Positions 26,992-36,648 of a stretch of 64,000 bases of DNA are shown here, piece after piece. A program made the translations under genes and the position numbers. Each line of letters opens with the position of its first letter. Within the stretch, counting starts at the first letter, position 1. The notes beneath the pieces are model-generated. The model was not told the origin of the DNA, ran no database searches, and saw only the letters and a program-made list of their open reading frames with translations. Source of the DNA: a virus; IMG/VR virus record IMGVR_UViG_3300003937_000144, positions 1 through 64,000 of that record. One strand, 5' to 3'.

Positions 26992-27240
26992 ATGGCAGAC
27001 GTATTCGATTTTGGTTTCACTCTCGTTGATGAGAAAGAGTTAGACGTTGCACAAGCAGCAACAACATCAGCGGCAGCAGCAGAAACTACACAAGACAGAT
27101 TAGATGATCTATACAATGCTATTACACCTCTACTCAATAACCTTAAGGCTAATCCAGAAAAAGAAATGATTAAGTGGCCTAATCGTGTTGAGAAGGTAGA
27201 AGCATTTGAAGATCATATTTACAAAATATATAAAGGTTAG
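26992..27240 (+). CDS. Conserved T4-like hypothetical protein
   Basis: FDFGFT...PLLNNLKANPEK..I.WPNR. Confidence 0.75.
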   Translation: MADVFDFGFTLVDEKELDVAQAATTSAAAAETTQDRLDDLYNAITPLLNNLKANPEKEMIKWPNRVEKVEAFEDHIYKIYKG

Positions 27241-27270
27241 TATGTACAAATTGTAAATCTATGTTATAAT
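27241..27270 (+). promoter_or_regulatory. Middle-type promoter TATGTAC-N16-TATAAT
   Basis: ATGTAC-N17-TATAAT with TGn. Confidence 0.75.
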
Positions 27271-27302
27271 ATACTTAACACACACAAAATAGGATTTATA
27301 TT

Positions 27303-27689
27303 ATGGCAAAACGTAAGATGACAGAAGCACAAAGAACAGCCGCGGCAGCTAATTTAGCTAAGGCAAGAGCTGCGAAAAAACCTGCTTCATACAAAACTAT
27401 TGCAGCTAATGTTGTTGCGTTAGATGATGACCATGGCTTATCGATGGTCAACGTCAAAAGATATATCAAAGCAACTACAGAAAAAATGGCGGCATTAAGA
27501 CGTGGAATCCAAACAAATGAAAGAGGTGCTATTGCTAAATATGAATCAGCAAGAGTATACCGAAACCATTGTCAAACATATTTGAGAGAAGGTGTATGGT
27601 CACTTGATTTCTATGGTGAGAATGAAGAGAAGCCAGTCTATTGGTCTACACTTGTCCCAGCGTATGACAGCGATGGGATGCAAAAGTAA
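27303..27689 (+). CDS. Conserved hypothetical protein upstream of gp33
   Basis: KRKMTEAQR...LAKARAAK, YLREGVW.LDFYGE. Confidence 0.7.
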   Translation: MAKRKMTEAQRTAAAANLAKARAAKKPASYKTIAANVVALDDDHGLSMVNVKRYIKATTEKMAALRRGIQTNERGAIAKYESARVYRNHCQTYLREGVWSLDFYGENEEKPVYWSTLVPAYDSDGMQK

Positions 27690-27919
27690 TGGAGGATATC
27701 AATAAGAAAGCCTTCTCAAATTTAGTTGAAACATTTGTTCGTACTCATAGAGATACCAATTATATAGATGCTATTATACAGGTATGTGAGGACAACGAGA
27801 TCGATCTTAGAGACAGTAAGAAACTTATCTCTAAGGAGATTATAGAACATGTTGAGTTCGAAGCAAAGGAACTTAACTTATTACAAGGGGGTAACCCAAC
27901 TTATGTGTTGCCTATATGA
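27689..27919 (+). CDS. gp33: Late transcription co-activator
   Basis: YIDAII..CE.NEI....KLIS...EA.ELNLL...LPI. Confidence 0.88.
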   Translation: MEDINKKAFSNLVETFVRTHRDTNYIDAIIQVCEDNEIDLRDSKKLISKEIIEHVEFEAKELNLLQGGNPTYVLPI

Positions 27920-28367
27920 GAATGACAGGATATGAGGCCTTCACATTACATAATGCAATTAACCTCCACTTATATTATATTTTGCTGCGCATCAAGTAGC
28001 AGGTAATAAGTATAGTGGTGATATGATCAGAGACGAAGAGTCTTATACCAAGTTCTTAAAAGTTATAGATAGTATATCGTATGTATTTAAGAACGAATTA
28101 GAACAGATTTCAGATGTAAAGTTTGATTCACTCTTGGAAATAGAAGAAACATATCCAAGAATTATCCAGCTTCATCTCGAAGGCACGGTTTCATTAGAGA
28201 CTGTGTGTATTATCAATAGGCTCACGGGCTTTATTGATAGAGCGAATAAGCAGATCACAGAAACAATTCTATGGCCTGACTTATATAAGAAGATAACTAA
28301 TTATCAATCCTTTTTAAAGTTTGACGACATTAAAATGAGAAAGATTATTGTAGATATTTTCAAATAA
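27916..28367 (+). pseudogene. gp59: Helicase loader, frame broken with apparent internal deletion near 27969
   Basis: N-terminal MTGYEAFTLHNAINLH, then second frame LILYFAAH...SYVFKNEL...VSLETVCII; lies between gp33 and gp32. Confidence 0.8.
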
Positions 28368-28369
28368 AG

Positions 28370-28399
28370 TATGTACTTTTATCAAAAATATGATATAAT
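28370..28399 (+). promoter_or_regulatory. Middle-type promoter TATGTAC-N16-TATAAT
   Basis: ATGTAC-N17-TATAAT with TGn, upstream of gp32. Confidence 0.78.
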
Positions 28400-28453
28400 A
28401 TATACTGATACAAAGCAATATAAATTAATATAAATCTTTAAAGGAGAAATAAA

Positions 28454-29365
28454 ATGAGTTTTGCAGACTTAAAGGCTAAAGCTAATGACATGAGCACATT
28501 AGTTGGTGCGGCCGGAAGCACCGAAAAGAAATCATACGGCGACGATCGTATGTGGAAACCCACGGTAGATAAAGCAGGTAACGGTTATGCCGTTATTAGA
28601 TTCCTACCAACTGTCGAAGGTGATGACTTGCCTTGGGCAAAGTACTGGGACCACTTCTTCCAAGGACCAACTGGACAATGGTATGTTGAGAAATCACTAA
28701 CTACTATTCAGAAGGACGATCCTGTGTCGGAGATGAATTCTAAACTTTGGAATACAGGCATTGAAGCCGACAAAGATTTAGCACGTAAACGTAAGCGTAG
28801 GCTTCACTATGTGTCAAACATCTATGTCGTTGCGGATCCTGAGAATCCTGAAAACGAAGGTAAAGTATTTCTATATGGATACGGTGCTAAAATCTTTGAG
28901 AAGATCATGGATAGCATGCAACCTAAGTTTCAAGATGAAACACCAGTCAATCCATTTGATCTATGGAAAGGTGCTAACTTTAAAATGAAGATTGCGAACG
29001 TAGCTGGTTACAGAAACTACGACCGATCTGAGTTTGCTAATGCTGAAGCTTTGAATGCAGATGATTCTGTACTAGAAGGCATCTATAACAAGCAGTATGC
29101 ATTAAGTGAGTTTACTGATCCTACATCATTTAAATCTTACAGTGAGCTTAATCTTAAGCTAACTCGTGTGTTAGGTGAGGAAGTTAAAACTAATCGTACG
29201 GAAATTGATTATGTTGATGAAGATATCAAAAATGAATCTCCATTCAATGATTCACCAAACGATGTTAAAGATCCTGTCGCAACCGCTGCTGATCCAGTAG
29301 CCAGAGCTGATTCGGATAATGATGACACTATGAGTTATTTCGCTAAGTTAGCGGCTGAAGCTTAA
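28454..29365 (+). CDS. gp32: Single-stranded DNA-binding protein
   Basis: DDRMWKPTVDKAGNGYAVIRFLP, NPFDLWKGANFK, acidic tail SYFAKLA. Confidence 0.97.
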   Translation: MSFADLKAKANDMSTLVGAAGSTEKKSYGDDRMWKPTVDKAGNGYAVIRFLPTVEGDDLPWAKYWDHFFQGPTGQWYVEKSLTTIQKDDPVSEMNSKLWNTGIEADKDLARKRKRRLHYVSNIYVVADPENPENEGKVFLYGYGAKIFEKIMDSMQPKFQDETPVNPFDLWKGANFKMKIANVAGYRNYDRSEFANAEALNADDSVLEGIYNKQYALSEFTDPTSFKSYSELNLKLTRVLGEEVKTNRTEIDYVDEDIKNESPFNDSPNDVKDPVATAADPVARADSDNDDTMSYFAKLAAEA

Positions 29366-29379
29366 GAGTTAAATCTGAG

Positions 29380-29403
29380 AACCCCCTTGATTGGGGGTTT
29401 TTT
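29380..29403 (+). terminator. Intrinsic terminator between convergent gp32 and tape-measure-like gene
   Basis: AACCCCC-TTGATT-GGGGGTT-TTTT. Confidence 0.85.
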
Positions 29404-29404
29404 A

Positions 29405-31351
29405 TTATTTAGGGCCTTTAGCTAGATGATGTACATTCTCTTTAGGTTGGTTAATAAATATTGTTTCAGAATTATGTACAGTTATTATATCTCCGCCTCT
29501 ACTTAAATCTGTATAGCCACCATAAGTACCTACACCAGTTCCATAAAGAATATCATCATTCATAGTTAAGCCAGGTGAATAAGCCGCATTCGTATATTCT
29601 TTTGCAAATGCCAATGACTCTTCAAATGCTCTAGCGGCTGCAGCCTTATCAGCAGCAGGATGTAGTGAATTTAAATTAGTTCCATACTGAGAACGAGGAG
29701 TGTTTATACTCGTTTGCATTTGTCTTAATTCTGTCTCAGACCAACCATGCTTCATTAATTCTTGTATATAAACCTCTTGAGCTTCTTTATTCTTCTTAAC
29801 TGTTTCAAGTAACATCCTTACGTTTTCTTTCTGCTTTGTATTTGGATCAGCAAGCATCATCGGGCCTTGCGTAAGGTGTTTAAACTTTTCCATATCAGTA
29901 TTTGCGATAAAGTCCATAGCACTAGCTTCAGTATCTACATCTAACATCTCTTGCATAAGTGCATCATTCTCGCCTTGTTGTGCCTTAATTGCATCAAGTC
30001 TCCATATAACTATTTCTGATACAGCCCATGCAGCTAAACCCCAAGGACCAAAGAATCTAAGAAAACCTCTACCTGCCATTTTCCAACCACCAGACTTAAT
30101 CATCTTCGCCCACATCTTACCTCTTAAAGTATTCTTACCAGCGTTTTTAAATATTTTAGTTATTCCTAATTTTGTTAGAGTTGAAACTCTGGTTACTAAT
30201 GATTTAACTGGAAGTAATGTAGTAATCAATAGAGCATTAATAGCATTATCTAAAGTAAGAATTGATTTACCAGCTGGACCATCTCCTATTTCAATCTCGG
30301 ACCCATCTCCACCATCATCATCCATCTTGAAGTCATCCATCTGTTCAGTTGACTGATTAATAAATCCACTAGCAATCATACCAGCAAGTAAAATTGGCCA
30401 CATCCTTGGATTACGTGCTCCCCTTCCTCTACCAAAGAGTTTCCTACCCATAATCTTTAATCTTAATTTCATAGTTTTAGCAAAACCACGTTTAGTTTTA
30501 AACCCAAACCATTTTTTAGTTAGAGCCCAAAGTGTAAGAGCGCCAGCACCAAGACCAACATTTTTAGAATTTTGACTTAACCAACCAAATATACCACCGC
30601 TTTCTTCATCAGCATCACTACCACCTTCACGACCACCGCCAACAGCACCAACACCAAGACCAGCATTCTTAATAGATTCTCTACGTGCTTCTTCTCTATC
30701 ACGCTGAGTTGTATTCCATCTTAGATCACTATCAACTTTAGATTGTTTTAAGAAGTCTAATATTTGATGATTGATGTTTTTAATTGTGGATAATGTGTTG
30801 GTTGATTTGTCACTATTAACTTTTATTAAAGGTAAAGACTTTAAATTTTCATCATCATAACCACTGCCACCGGGTTGTTGAGATTTTGGTATACCACCTA
30901 AAGCATCTCGCCATGCAGGCTGTGGACGTTTTGAATCGTCCCAATGTCCAGGATTTAATATTTCTATTAGATCCATCATGTATAGGCCAAATGACTTATT
31001 AAAATCTATTAGCTGTTCATCAAGACTATGAAGAAACTCTCTAGATATTTCAGCTTCTCTCAATATCATCATTTGAGCAAACTCTTTGGCAGGTCTATCT
31101 TTTATAGCAGCGTTAAATTCTGTTCTGGCTTGTCCCGCTAAGAACCTACGTTGGAAGTCTTGTGCATCGCTTACTAGGGCACCTTGAGTCTCATTTGCAA
31201 CAACGTTAGCCGCTGCTAAACTCTCTTGACGTTTTAGGGCTTCAGCATCTCTAAGTAGATCTTTTGCATTTGCACGATTCAGTTGTTGTAATTGACTTAC
31301 AATATTCTTTAATAATGCATTACCCTCTTTATTGTTACTTTTATCAGCCAT
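29405..31351 (-). CDS. Tape-measure / baseplate hub (gp29-like) protein
   Basis: Long helical protein with Gly/Ala-rich hydrophobic segments (RFFGPWGLAAWA), directly downstream of gp26/gp51. Confidence 0.55.
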   Translation of the reverse strand: MADKSNNKEGNALLKNIVSQLQQLNRANAKDLLRDAEALKRQESLAAANVVANETQGALVSDAQDFQRRFLAGQARTEFNAAIKDRPAKEFAQMMILREAEISREFLHSLDEQLIDFNKSFGLYMMDLIEILNPGHWDDSKRPQPAWRDALGGIPKSQQPGGSGYDDENLKSLPLIKVNSDKSTNTLSTIKNINHQILDFLKQSKVDSDLRWNTTQRDREEARRESIKNAGLGVGAVGGGREGGSDADEESGGIFGWLSQNSKNVGLGAGALTLWALTKKWFGFKTKRGFAKTMKLRLKIMGRKLFGRGRGARNPRMWPILLAGMIASGFINQSTEQMDDFKMDDDGGDGSEIEIGDGPAGKSILTLDNAINALLITTLLPVKSLVTRVSTLTKLGITKIFKNAGKNTLRGKMWAKMIKSGGWKMAGRGFLRFFGPWGLAAWAVSEIVIWRLDAIKAQQGENDALMQEMLDVDTEASAMDFIANTDMEKFKHLTQGPMMLADPNTKQKENVRMLLETVKKNKEAQEVYIQELMKHGWSETELRQMQTSINTPRSQYGTNLNSLHPAADKAAAARAFEESLAFAKEYTNAAYSPGLTMNDDILYGTGVGTYGGYTDLSRGGDIITVHNSETIFINQPKENVHHLAKGPK

Positions 31352-31547
31352 TCATTTTACCTTTTGTCTGTTTAGTTCTTTCGTTTACTTCCTTAACGTG
31401 TTGCCTTAAAAGAGAAACATAGATTTCCCTTTCCCATGGCATCATACTATCAAGCTCTTCCAAATTAAACCCATGTTGGTTCATCAACGTAAAATTTAAT
31501 TTATAATAGCCTACTACACTACTATGAGAAAGGGCTATTGAAAAAAA
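31344..31547 (-). CDS. gp51: gp51-like baseplate hub assembly protein, probably expressed by -1 frameshift from gp26 (internal ATG at 31484)
   Basis: IALSHSSVVGYYKLNFTLMNQHGFNLEELDSMMPWEREIYVSLL; conserved-looking residues lie upstream of the first ATG. Confidence 0.75.
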   Translation of the reverse strand, partial: FFSIALSHSSVVGYYKLNFTLMNQHGFNLEELDSMMPWEREIYVSLLRQHVKEVNERTKQTKGKMNG

Positions 31548-32239
31548 TCAGTTAACCCTTTTAACTCTATAGAGTTTTCTTTATTACACTTCTTACAATT
31601 ATAATTTACATTATAACTTAAATATGGTGCTTTAGCTAATACATTCACAATCTGTTCAAACTGATCTGTACTCAAGCTTTCAATAAAGTCTTTTATTTCT
31701 TCTCTAGGACTATCTCTTAAATCAAAAGTTTCTTCACCGCTATAGATTGTTTCAATAGAAGCTATCATTAAATTAATGATTGTTTCAGTCTCACTATCAC
31801 TTTGAAGCTCACCTTTTCTATCTTTCATGGTAGTCCATTTTAAATCAAGAGATATATCATCTGTCAATTTAATATGTCTATCAACGGCTTTACCAAGATT
31901 AGTTATAGTAACCTCATCTAAGTTAACCTTTATTTCATTTTCTTCTTCACAATGTACACAGCTTGGGCCTAGTTTAATACCTTCACCTACTGACTTACTT
32001 CGTAAAGTCACAAATATAAATTCCACATCAAATGTTGTTAATGAATTTATATCAAGCGGTGTTTCTACACACGACTCAATAACATTCATAACAGCATTCT
32101 CAATTTGTTTCTCATCTTGAGATTCCATTGCTATTAACAATATCTTCTCTTCTCTGACCACGTATGGTCTGTATGTAATACTTTCGCCTGTTGAGGGCAC
32201 AATCATATCATACTTTGGCGTTACTAGTTTAGGTAACAT
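31535..32239 (-). CDS. gp26: Baseplate hub assembly protein
   Basis: MLPKLVTPKY...YRPYVVREEKILL, LRSKSVGE, CxxC pairs, GLTDFF end. Confidence 0.9.
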   Translation of the reverse strand: MLPKLVTPKYDMIVPSTGESITYRPYVVREEKILLIAMESQDEKQIENAVMNVIESCVETPLDINSLTTFDVEFIFVTLRSKSVGEGIKLGPSCVHCEEENEIKVNLDEVTITNLGKAVDRHIKLTDDISLDLKWTTMKDRKGELQSDSETETIINLMIASIETIYSGEETFDLRDSPREEIKDFIESLSTDQFEQIVNVLAKAPYLSYNVNYNCKKCNKENSIELKGLTDFFQ

Positions 32240-32272
32240 ATCAATCTCACTCCATATTAAAAATTAAATTAT

Positions 32273-33349
32273 TTACTGTCCTGCTGCTTTTCTTCTATTC
32301 AAATCAGCTAATGCCGCACTATAATCTCCGCGGTTAGTTCGCTTACTACTTTGATAAGCTTCTTGCGCTGCCTTCCCAGATGTTCTAGGACCTGGTCTTT
32401 CAGGTCTATATGCTCCACTAAATGGTGCACCTTGTCCAGATGTTCTTGGTCCTGGTCGAGGCACTTCAACTGCAACCTCTTCATTTCTTGGTCCTGCACC
32501 TTTAGTACCAGAATCTCTGGCTCCTGGACCATTGTATGTTTCTTCACCTGACATTGGTGGAGCTTGACCAGATGTTCTTTCACCTGGTCCAGTCCAATCT
32601 TGTTCTTCTTCATTCCTTGGGCCACTACCCTTAGGTCCAGAATCTCTTCTACCAGGATGAGTCCATTTTTCTTCAACACTTGCTGCCTTAAATCCTTTAT
32701 CAATGTCAAGAGATCGCCAGTTATCATATTCCCATGTAATAGTTACTTCCATTAAACTTTCATTGGTATTACCCAATTCAACTTGACTCATTTGTATAGG
32801 ATATGCATTCTCTAATAGATTACCATATCCAACAACACCGTCTTCATTTCCTTGTAAGGCTCTTATTTCTACATCAGCAACATATTCTTTTTTATATAAT
32901 GTCTTATAATGATTGTGTGTACTATCTACAATCATGTTCATCCACATATCAAAATACTTTTTAATATAATAATCACCTGTTAATAAGAAGCTCATTGTGA
33001 CTTCATCAGTAGCCATTGAGTAAGGCTTCTTTGCAAGGTTATGATCGTGGGAAGCTTCAGTTGTGGATATACGTTTTCCAGGAAGTGATACGGATGTGCA
33101 TAGCATATATGTATCCTGGCCATCTTGTATAAAATTAGCCATAGGACTATCGTTTTTTTCGAATCGACCAACCACAGGGTTGTCATTAGATATTGAATTT
33201 CTTGCAAAGTGATTATCAATTGCAGTATCTGAATTCCGTTTAACTTGAGCAAGGTAAGGATGGCTAATCATTACTGAATATCTATTACCTCGTGCTATAC
33301 CACCACGGCGATCTAATAATGCTTTCATGTCGTCTATTGCAGTCTTCAT
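32273..33349 (-). CDS. Tail tube initiator (gp54-like) with repetitive C-terminal extension
   Basis: GGIARGNRY, CTSVSLPG, FDMWMN, LENAYPI, VTITWEY tube-fold motifs; Pro/Gly/Arg repeats. Confidence 0.75.
   Translation of the reverse strand: MKTAIDDMKALLDRRGGIARGNRYSVMISHPYLAQVKRNSDTAIDNHFARNSISNDNPVVGRFEKNDSPMANFIQDGQDTYMLCTSVSLPGKRISTTEASHDHNLAKKPYSMATDEVTMSFLLTGDYYIKKYFDMWMNMIVDSTHNHYKTLYKKEYVADVEIRALQGNEDGVVGYGNLLENAYPIQMSQVELGNTNESLMEVTITWEYDNWRSLDIDKGFKAASVEEKWTHPGRRDSGPKGSGPRNEEEQDWTGPGERTSGQAPPMSGEETYNGPGARDSGTKGAGPRNEEVAVEVPRPGPRTSGQGAPFSGAYRPERPGPRTSGKAAQEAYQSSKRTNRGDYSAALADLNRRKAAGQ
32370..32665 (-). repeat. PGxR(D/T)SG coding repeats
   Basis: Five PG-x-R-[DT]-SG units, arranged as a duplicated ~44-aa block plus one partial copy. 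Confidence 0.8.
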
Positions 33350-33930
33350 TAATATTGTTTCCTTGAGTCAGCCCATATAGCACCTTCACTAGCTTTCTTG
33401 AATGATGCTGTTTGTAAAAAAATTGCTATGCTCCATTCTGCCGAAGGAACTTTCATTATCTTTGAAGATACTTTCTTAGTCAGATAATGTTTAAAGCACG
33501 GTTTAAAGTATTTATAGTTCTTTGTTGCTTTTAATAAGTTATATGTAATTCTAAACTTAGTCATATCATTAAACTTTTGATTAGTTGCTACATCATTTAA
33601 ATGGTCTAAGAAGATTGCACGAACTTTAGGTGGTAAGTAATGTAAGTTAATACCATAGAAACCATCTTTCGCTGGGCCCACGACAATAGTCAAAGGGAAT
33701 GTATCATAGTAAGGCAATGTTGCTTTAAGCTTTGGATCATATGTGTACATAACCATTTCACCAGCCTTGGCACTTTGTCTTGCTATTAATCTCTCATCCT
33801 TCAACACACTCTTACCTAACGGCCCAAGCTTCTTCACATTCTTAGCAAACCAAACGTTTGCTTCTTTAGATCTTGCTGTTATGCCTTTACGAAAAGCTTC
33901 TGATTCTAACTTGTCAAATAGACTAGCCAT
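33349..33930 (-). CDS. gp2: DNA end protector protein
   Basis: YDPKLKATLPYYDTFPL, GINLHYLPP, CFKHYL. Confidence 0.92.
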   Translation of the reverse strand: MASLFDKLESEAFRKGITARSKEANVWFAKNVKKLGPLGKSVLKDERLIARQSAKAGEMVMYTYDPKLKATLPYYDTFPLTIVVGPAKDGFYGINLHYLPPKVRAIFLDHLNDVATNQKFNDMTKFRITYNLLKATKNYKYFKPCFKHYLTKKVSSKIMKVPSAEWSIAIFLQTASFKKASEGAIWADSRKQY

Positions 33931-34114
33931 TAAACGTCTCCATTAATTGTGGTCCGAACACTACCATAATATATGCTATGATAGCCATGGCAGCAATACC
34001 TCCTAATAGCCATTTTATTTTAAAATCGTCGACCATCATTTTAAATCCTATTATTTCGTTCCCTAATATACGTAGGGATATTTCTAACTTACCGTCACTA
34101 TCTTCTTCTGCCAT
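33923..34114 (-). CDS. Small membrane protein
   Basis: LEISLRILGNEI plus C-terminal TM helix; minus-strand late promoter at 34120-34127. Confidence 0.65.
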   Translation of the reverse strand: MAEEDSDGKLEISLRILGNEIIGFKMMVDDFKIKWLLGGIAAMAIIAYIMVVFGPQLMETFNG

Positions 34115-34122
34115 ACTTATAT

Positions 34123-34620
34123 TTATACTCTTTTCTTAAGAGATTTCCATATTCTTTTGCCAGTCTTTGTTTTACTTGCTTTAAATCTCATAGTCATAGT
34201 TTTAATACCCATTGCTTCTAATTCATTCTCAGTCCATATTTGAAATTCATATCCACGTTCCTCACAAAACTTACGTGCATACTTCCACTTAGAAGTATTC
34301 TTCATATAGGTTAATGCCTCTGTTAACTTTTTTCTTTTAGGTGGCACGGTTTGAGATGATGGTTTGATCTCGACTAAAAGAGTACGGCCTGTATCTGTTC
34401 GTATAGTAAGATCCACAAAGTATCTGTGAGCCTTGTTATCGGTTGCACATACGTAACCTATAACAGTTTCTTCAGAATTCCACCACTTAACCCATGATGC
34501 TTTATCTAAATACCTAAATGCATTGCGCTCCCATAAAGATCTATAATGTATATTATCTACATTACCTTTATACTTTGCTATATTTGTTGGTCTCCATGAT
34601 CCAGAATATGTTTTTTTCAT
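34123..34620 (-). CDS. gp4: Head completion nuclease
   Basis: KYKG...YRSLWE, W.SEE, HRYFVD, VEIKP, KWKYA; start ATG 34620. Confidence 0.92.
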   Translation of the reverse strand: MKKTYSGSWRPTNIAKYKGNVDNIHYRSLWERNAFRYLDKASWVKWWNSEETVIGYVCATDNKAHRYFVDLTIRTDTGRTLLVEIKPSSQTVPPKRKKLTEALTYMKNTSKWKYARKFCEERGYEFQIWTENELEAMGIKTMTMRFKASKTKTGKRIWKSLKKRV

Positions 34621-34625
34621 ACAAC

Positions 34626-34649
34626 TATTTATACAAATCGTTATAAATA
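34626..34649. promoter_or_regulatory. Back-to-back divergent late promoters
   Basis: TATAAATA on minus strand (34626-34633) and plus strand (34642-34649). Confidence 0.8.
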
Positions 34650-34675
34650 AGTAATATACAAACCAAGGAACTATT

Positions 34676-35935
34676 ATGGCAGACAACATCAAAGGTTATC
34701 CAATGAATCTCTCAGGAAGACTTTCATCAGACGAAACCCCGGCAGACGCAAACGCAAGAAGAGCACGAGAGATTAAAGAAAATAAATTTTTCACAACTGA
34801 AAAACCATTTTCTTTTAAATATCCGTCAACGGTAGCAGAGAATTTCAAAGAAGAAATAAATTTTAATACTCATGATTCTAGTGAGTATGCTTTAGTACGA
34901 TCTTCAATAGATGCAAATGGAAACCAACTTGGTATTGATGATGATGCTATTGAGCCATATGTTATATTTGAATTTATGAGACTAATGACTGATGATAAGA
35001 AAAAAGCTCTGTCTAAATGGCAAGATAAAAATAATTTTACTAGACGTAATTCTTCAGCATTAAAGAAAGAAATATATGATGCAAAGGATGCAACCGCGCC
35101 ACAATCGGCCGATGACATAGAAGCTGGTGCAGAAAAGAATTTTGTAATGCATGCAGAGAATAGAGCATTAATAGAAGCTTCCGGTATAGAAGATAGTATG
35201 TTTGATAAAGCTAAAAGAGTATTTGGTGGTTCAATAGCAATGTACATGCCTACAGATATTCAGATAAATGATGCAATAGGCTATAGTGAAGAGTCAAGAC
35301 AAATTGCAGCTATGCTAGAAGATTTTGGTACCTCTGATAAAGTTAATAATGCTACAATGTTTAATCCTACTACAATTGCTGCTGGTGCTGGTGGTGTAAG
35401 TTGGTTAGCAGATGCAGCTAGTAAATCCACAAATACTAGAATTGCTGGAAGTAAAATAACTAAATGGTTATCTAAAGGTAACGTTGGTCTTTCTTCAATT
35501 CTTGGTTATGGTGCTGGTGGTGTAATTAGTGATGAAATGCAAAGACATCACGGTCAGGCTTTAAATCCTAATGAATATATGGCTTATCAAAATACTCCAA
35601 TGAGAAGCTTCTCGTTTAACTTTACATTTTTACCAGACAGTGCAGAAGAATCTACTGAGGCAACTGATATTATTAGACAATTCAGATATGCAGCCCACGC
35701 AGAAAAAAGAGATAATCTTACAATCAATGTTCCGGATCATGTTGTTGTATCATTTCATGGAGCAAATGATATGATTCAATTGCCAGCTGTTGTTATCGAT
35801 TCAGTAAATGTTTCATACAACCCAAATAATACTTCATTCTTTAAACATAATAATGCACCAGTTGAAATAGGATTAGCTGTAACACTTAAAGAAATAGCAC
35901 CTATATTTAAGGGTGATGTAGAGAGGGGATTCTAA
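34676..35935 (+). CDS. gp48: Baseplate tail-tube cap
   Basis: IAMYMP, NPNEY...RSFSFNFTFLPDS.EE, VNVSYNP, LKEI. Confidence 0.82.
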   Translation: MADNIKGYPMNLSGRLSSDETPADANARRAREIKENKFFTTEKPFSFKYPSTVAENFKEEINFNTHDSSEYALVRSSIDANGNQLGIDDDAIEPYVIFEFMRLMTDDKKKALSKWQDKNNFTRRNSSALKKEIYDAKDATAPQSADDIEAGAEKNFVMHAENRALIEASGIEDSMFDKAKRVFGGSIAMYMPTDIQINDAIGYSEESRQIAAMLEDFGTSDKVNNATMFNPTTIAAGAGGVSWLADAASKSTNTRIAGSKITKWLSKGNVGLSSILGYGAGGVISDEMQRHHGQALNPNEYMAYQNTPMRSFSFNFTFLPDSAEESTEATDIIRQFRYAAHAEKRDNLTINVPDHVVVSFHGANDMIQLPAVVIDSVNVSYNPNNTSFFKHNNAPVEIGLAVTLKEIAPIFKGDVERGF

Positions 35936-35936
35936 T

Positions 35937-36647
35937 ATGTATTTTAAAAATATAAGTAATGCAGTTATAGATGTTGATGGGTCAGGTAATTTTGATGTAT
36001 TAAAAAATCTAACAGCAAAAGCATTAGTATCAGATGAGTTAACTAATAATGCTGCACATTATGAAACAGTAACAATTCAAGATGGTGAAAGACCTGATAT
36101 ACTTTCTATGAGATTGTATGGAACTGAAGTCTATCATTGGACATTCTTGTTACTTAATCCACAAATAAAAAATATATGGGATGACTGGCCGATGAAGTAT
36201 GGTCAATTAATAGAGTATTGTACACAAAAATATCAATACCTTGCAGCTGACACCGATGCTGATCTAAATGATAAATTTAAAGTTGGCGAGACTGTAGTAG
36301 GTGGTGTGTCAGGAGCAACAGGCTTAGTTAAAGAGATCCATGTAAATATGGGTTATCTTGTTATAGAATTAACTACCGGTACATTTGCTGAAACTGGTGA
36401 GACTATAAGTGGTGTTGATACACAAGACAATGTATCATGTATCTTTATTAAGTCACAAGCTTATGCACCTCATCATCATGTTGATGATTCAACTGGAGAG
36501 TGGACAACAAGGCGGACTGCTGGAACTACACCTTATACCTTTCTTGATTTTGAAGAAGCTGTTACCGATCAAAACAGAAATATTAAAGTAGTTAAATCTC
36601 AATACGTAAGTCGTATTGCTAGACAGTTTATAAAAATAATGGGTTAA
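35937..36647 (+). CDS. gp53: Baseplate wedge subunit
   Basis: MYFKN, IQDGERPDILS..LYG...YHWTFLLLN, DWP. Confidence 0.9.
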   Translation: MYFKNISNAVIDVDGSGNFDVLKNLTAKALVSDELTNNAAHYETVTIQDGERPDILSMRLYGTEVYHWTFLLLNPQIKNIWDDWPMKYGQLIEYCTQKYQYLAADTDADLNDKFKVGETVVGGVSGATGLVKEIHVNMGYLVIELTTGTFAETGETISGVDTQDNVSCIFIKSQAYAPHHHVDDSTGEWTTRRTAGTTPYTFLDFEEAVTDQNRNIKVVKSQYVSRIARQFIKIMG

Positions 36648-36648
36648 T

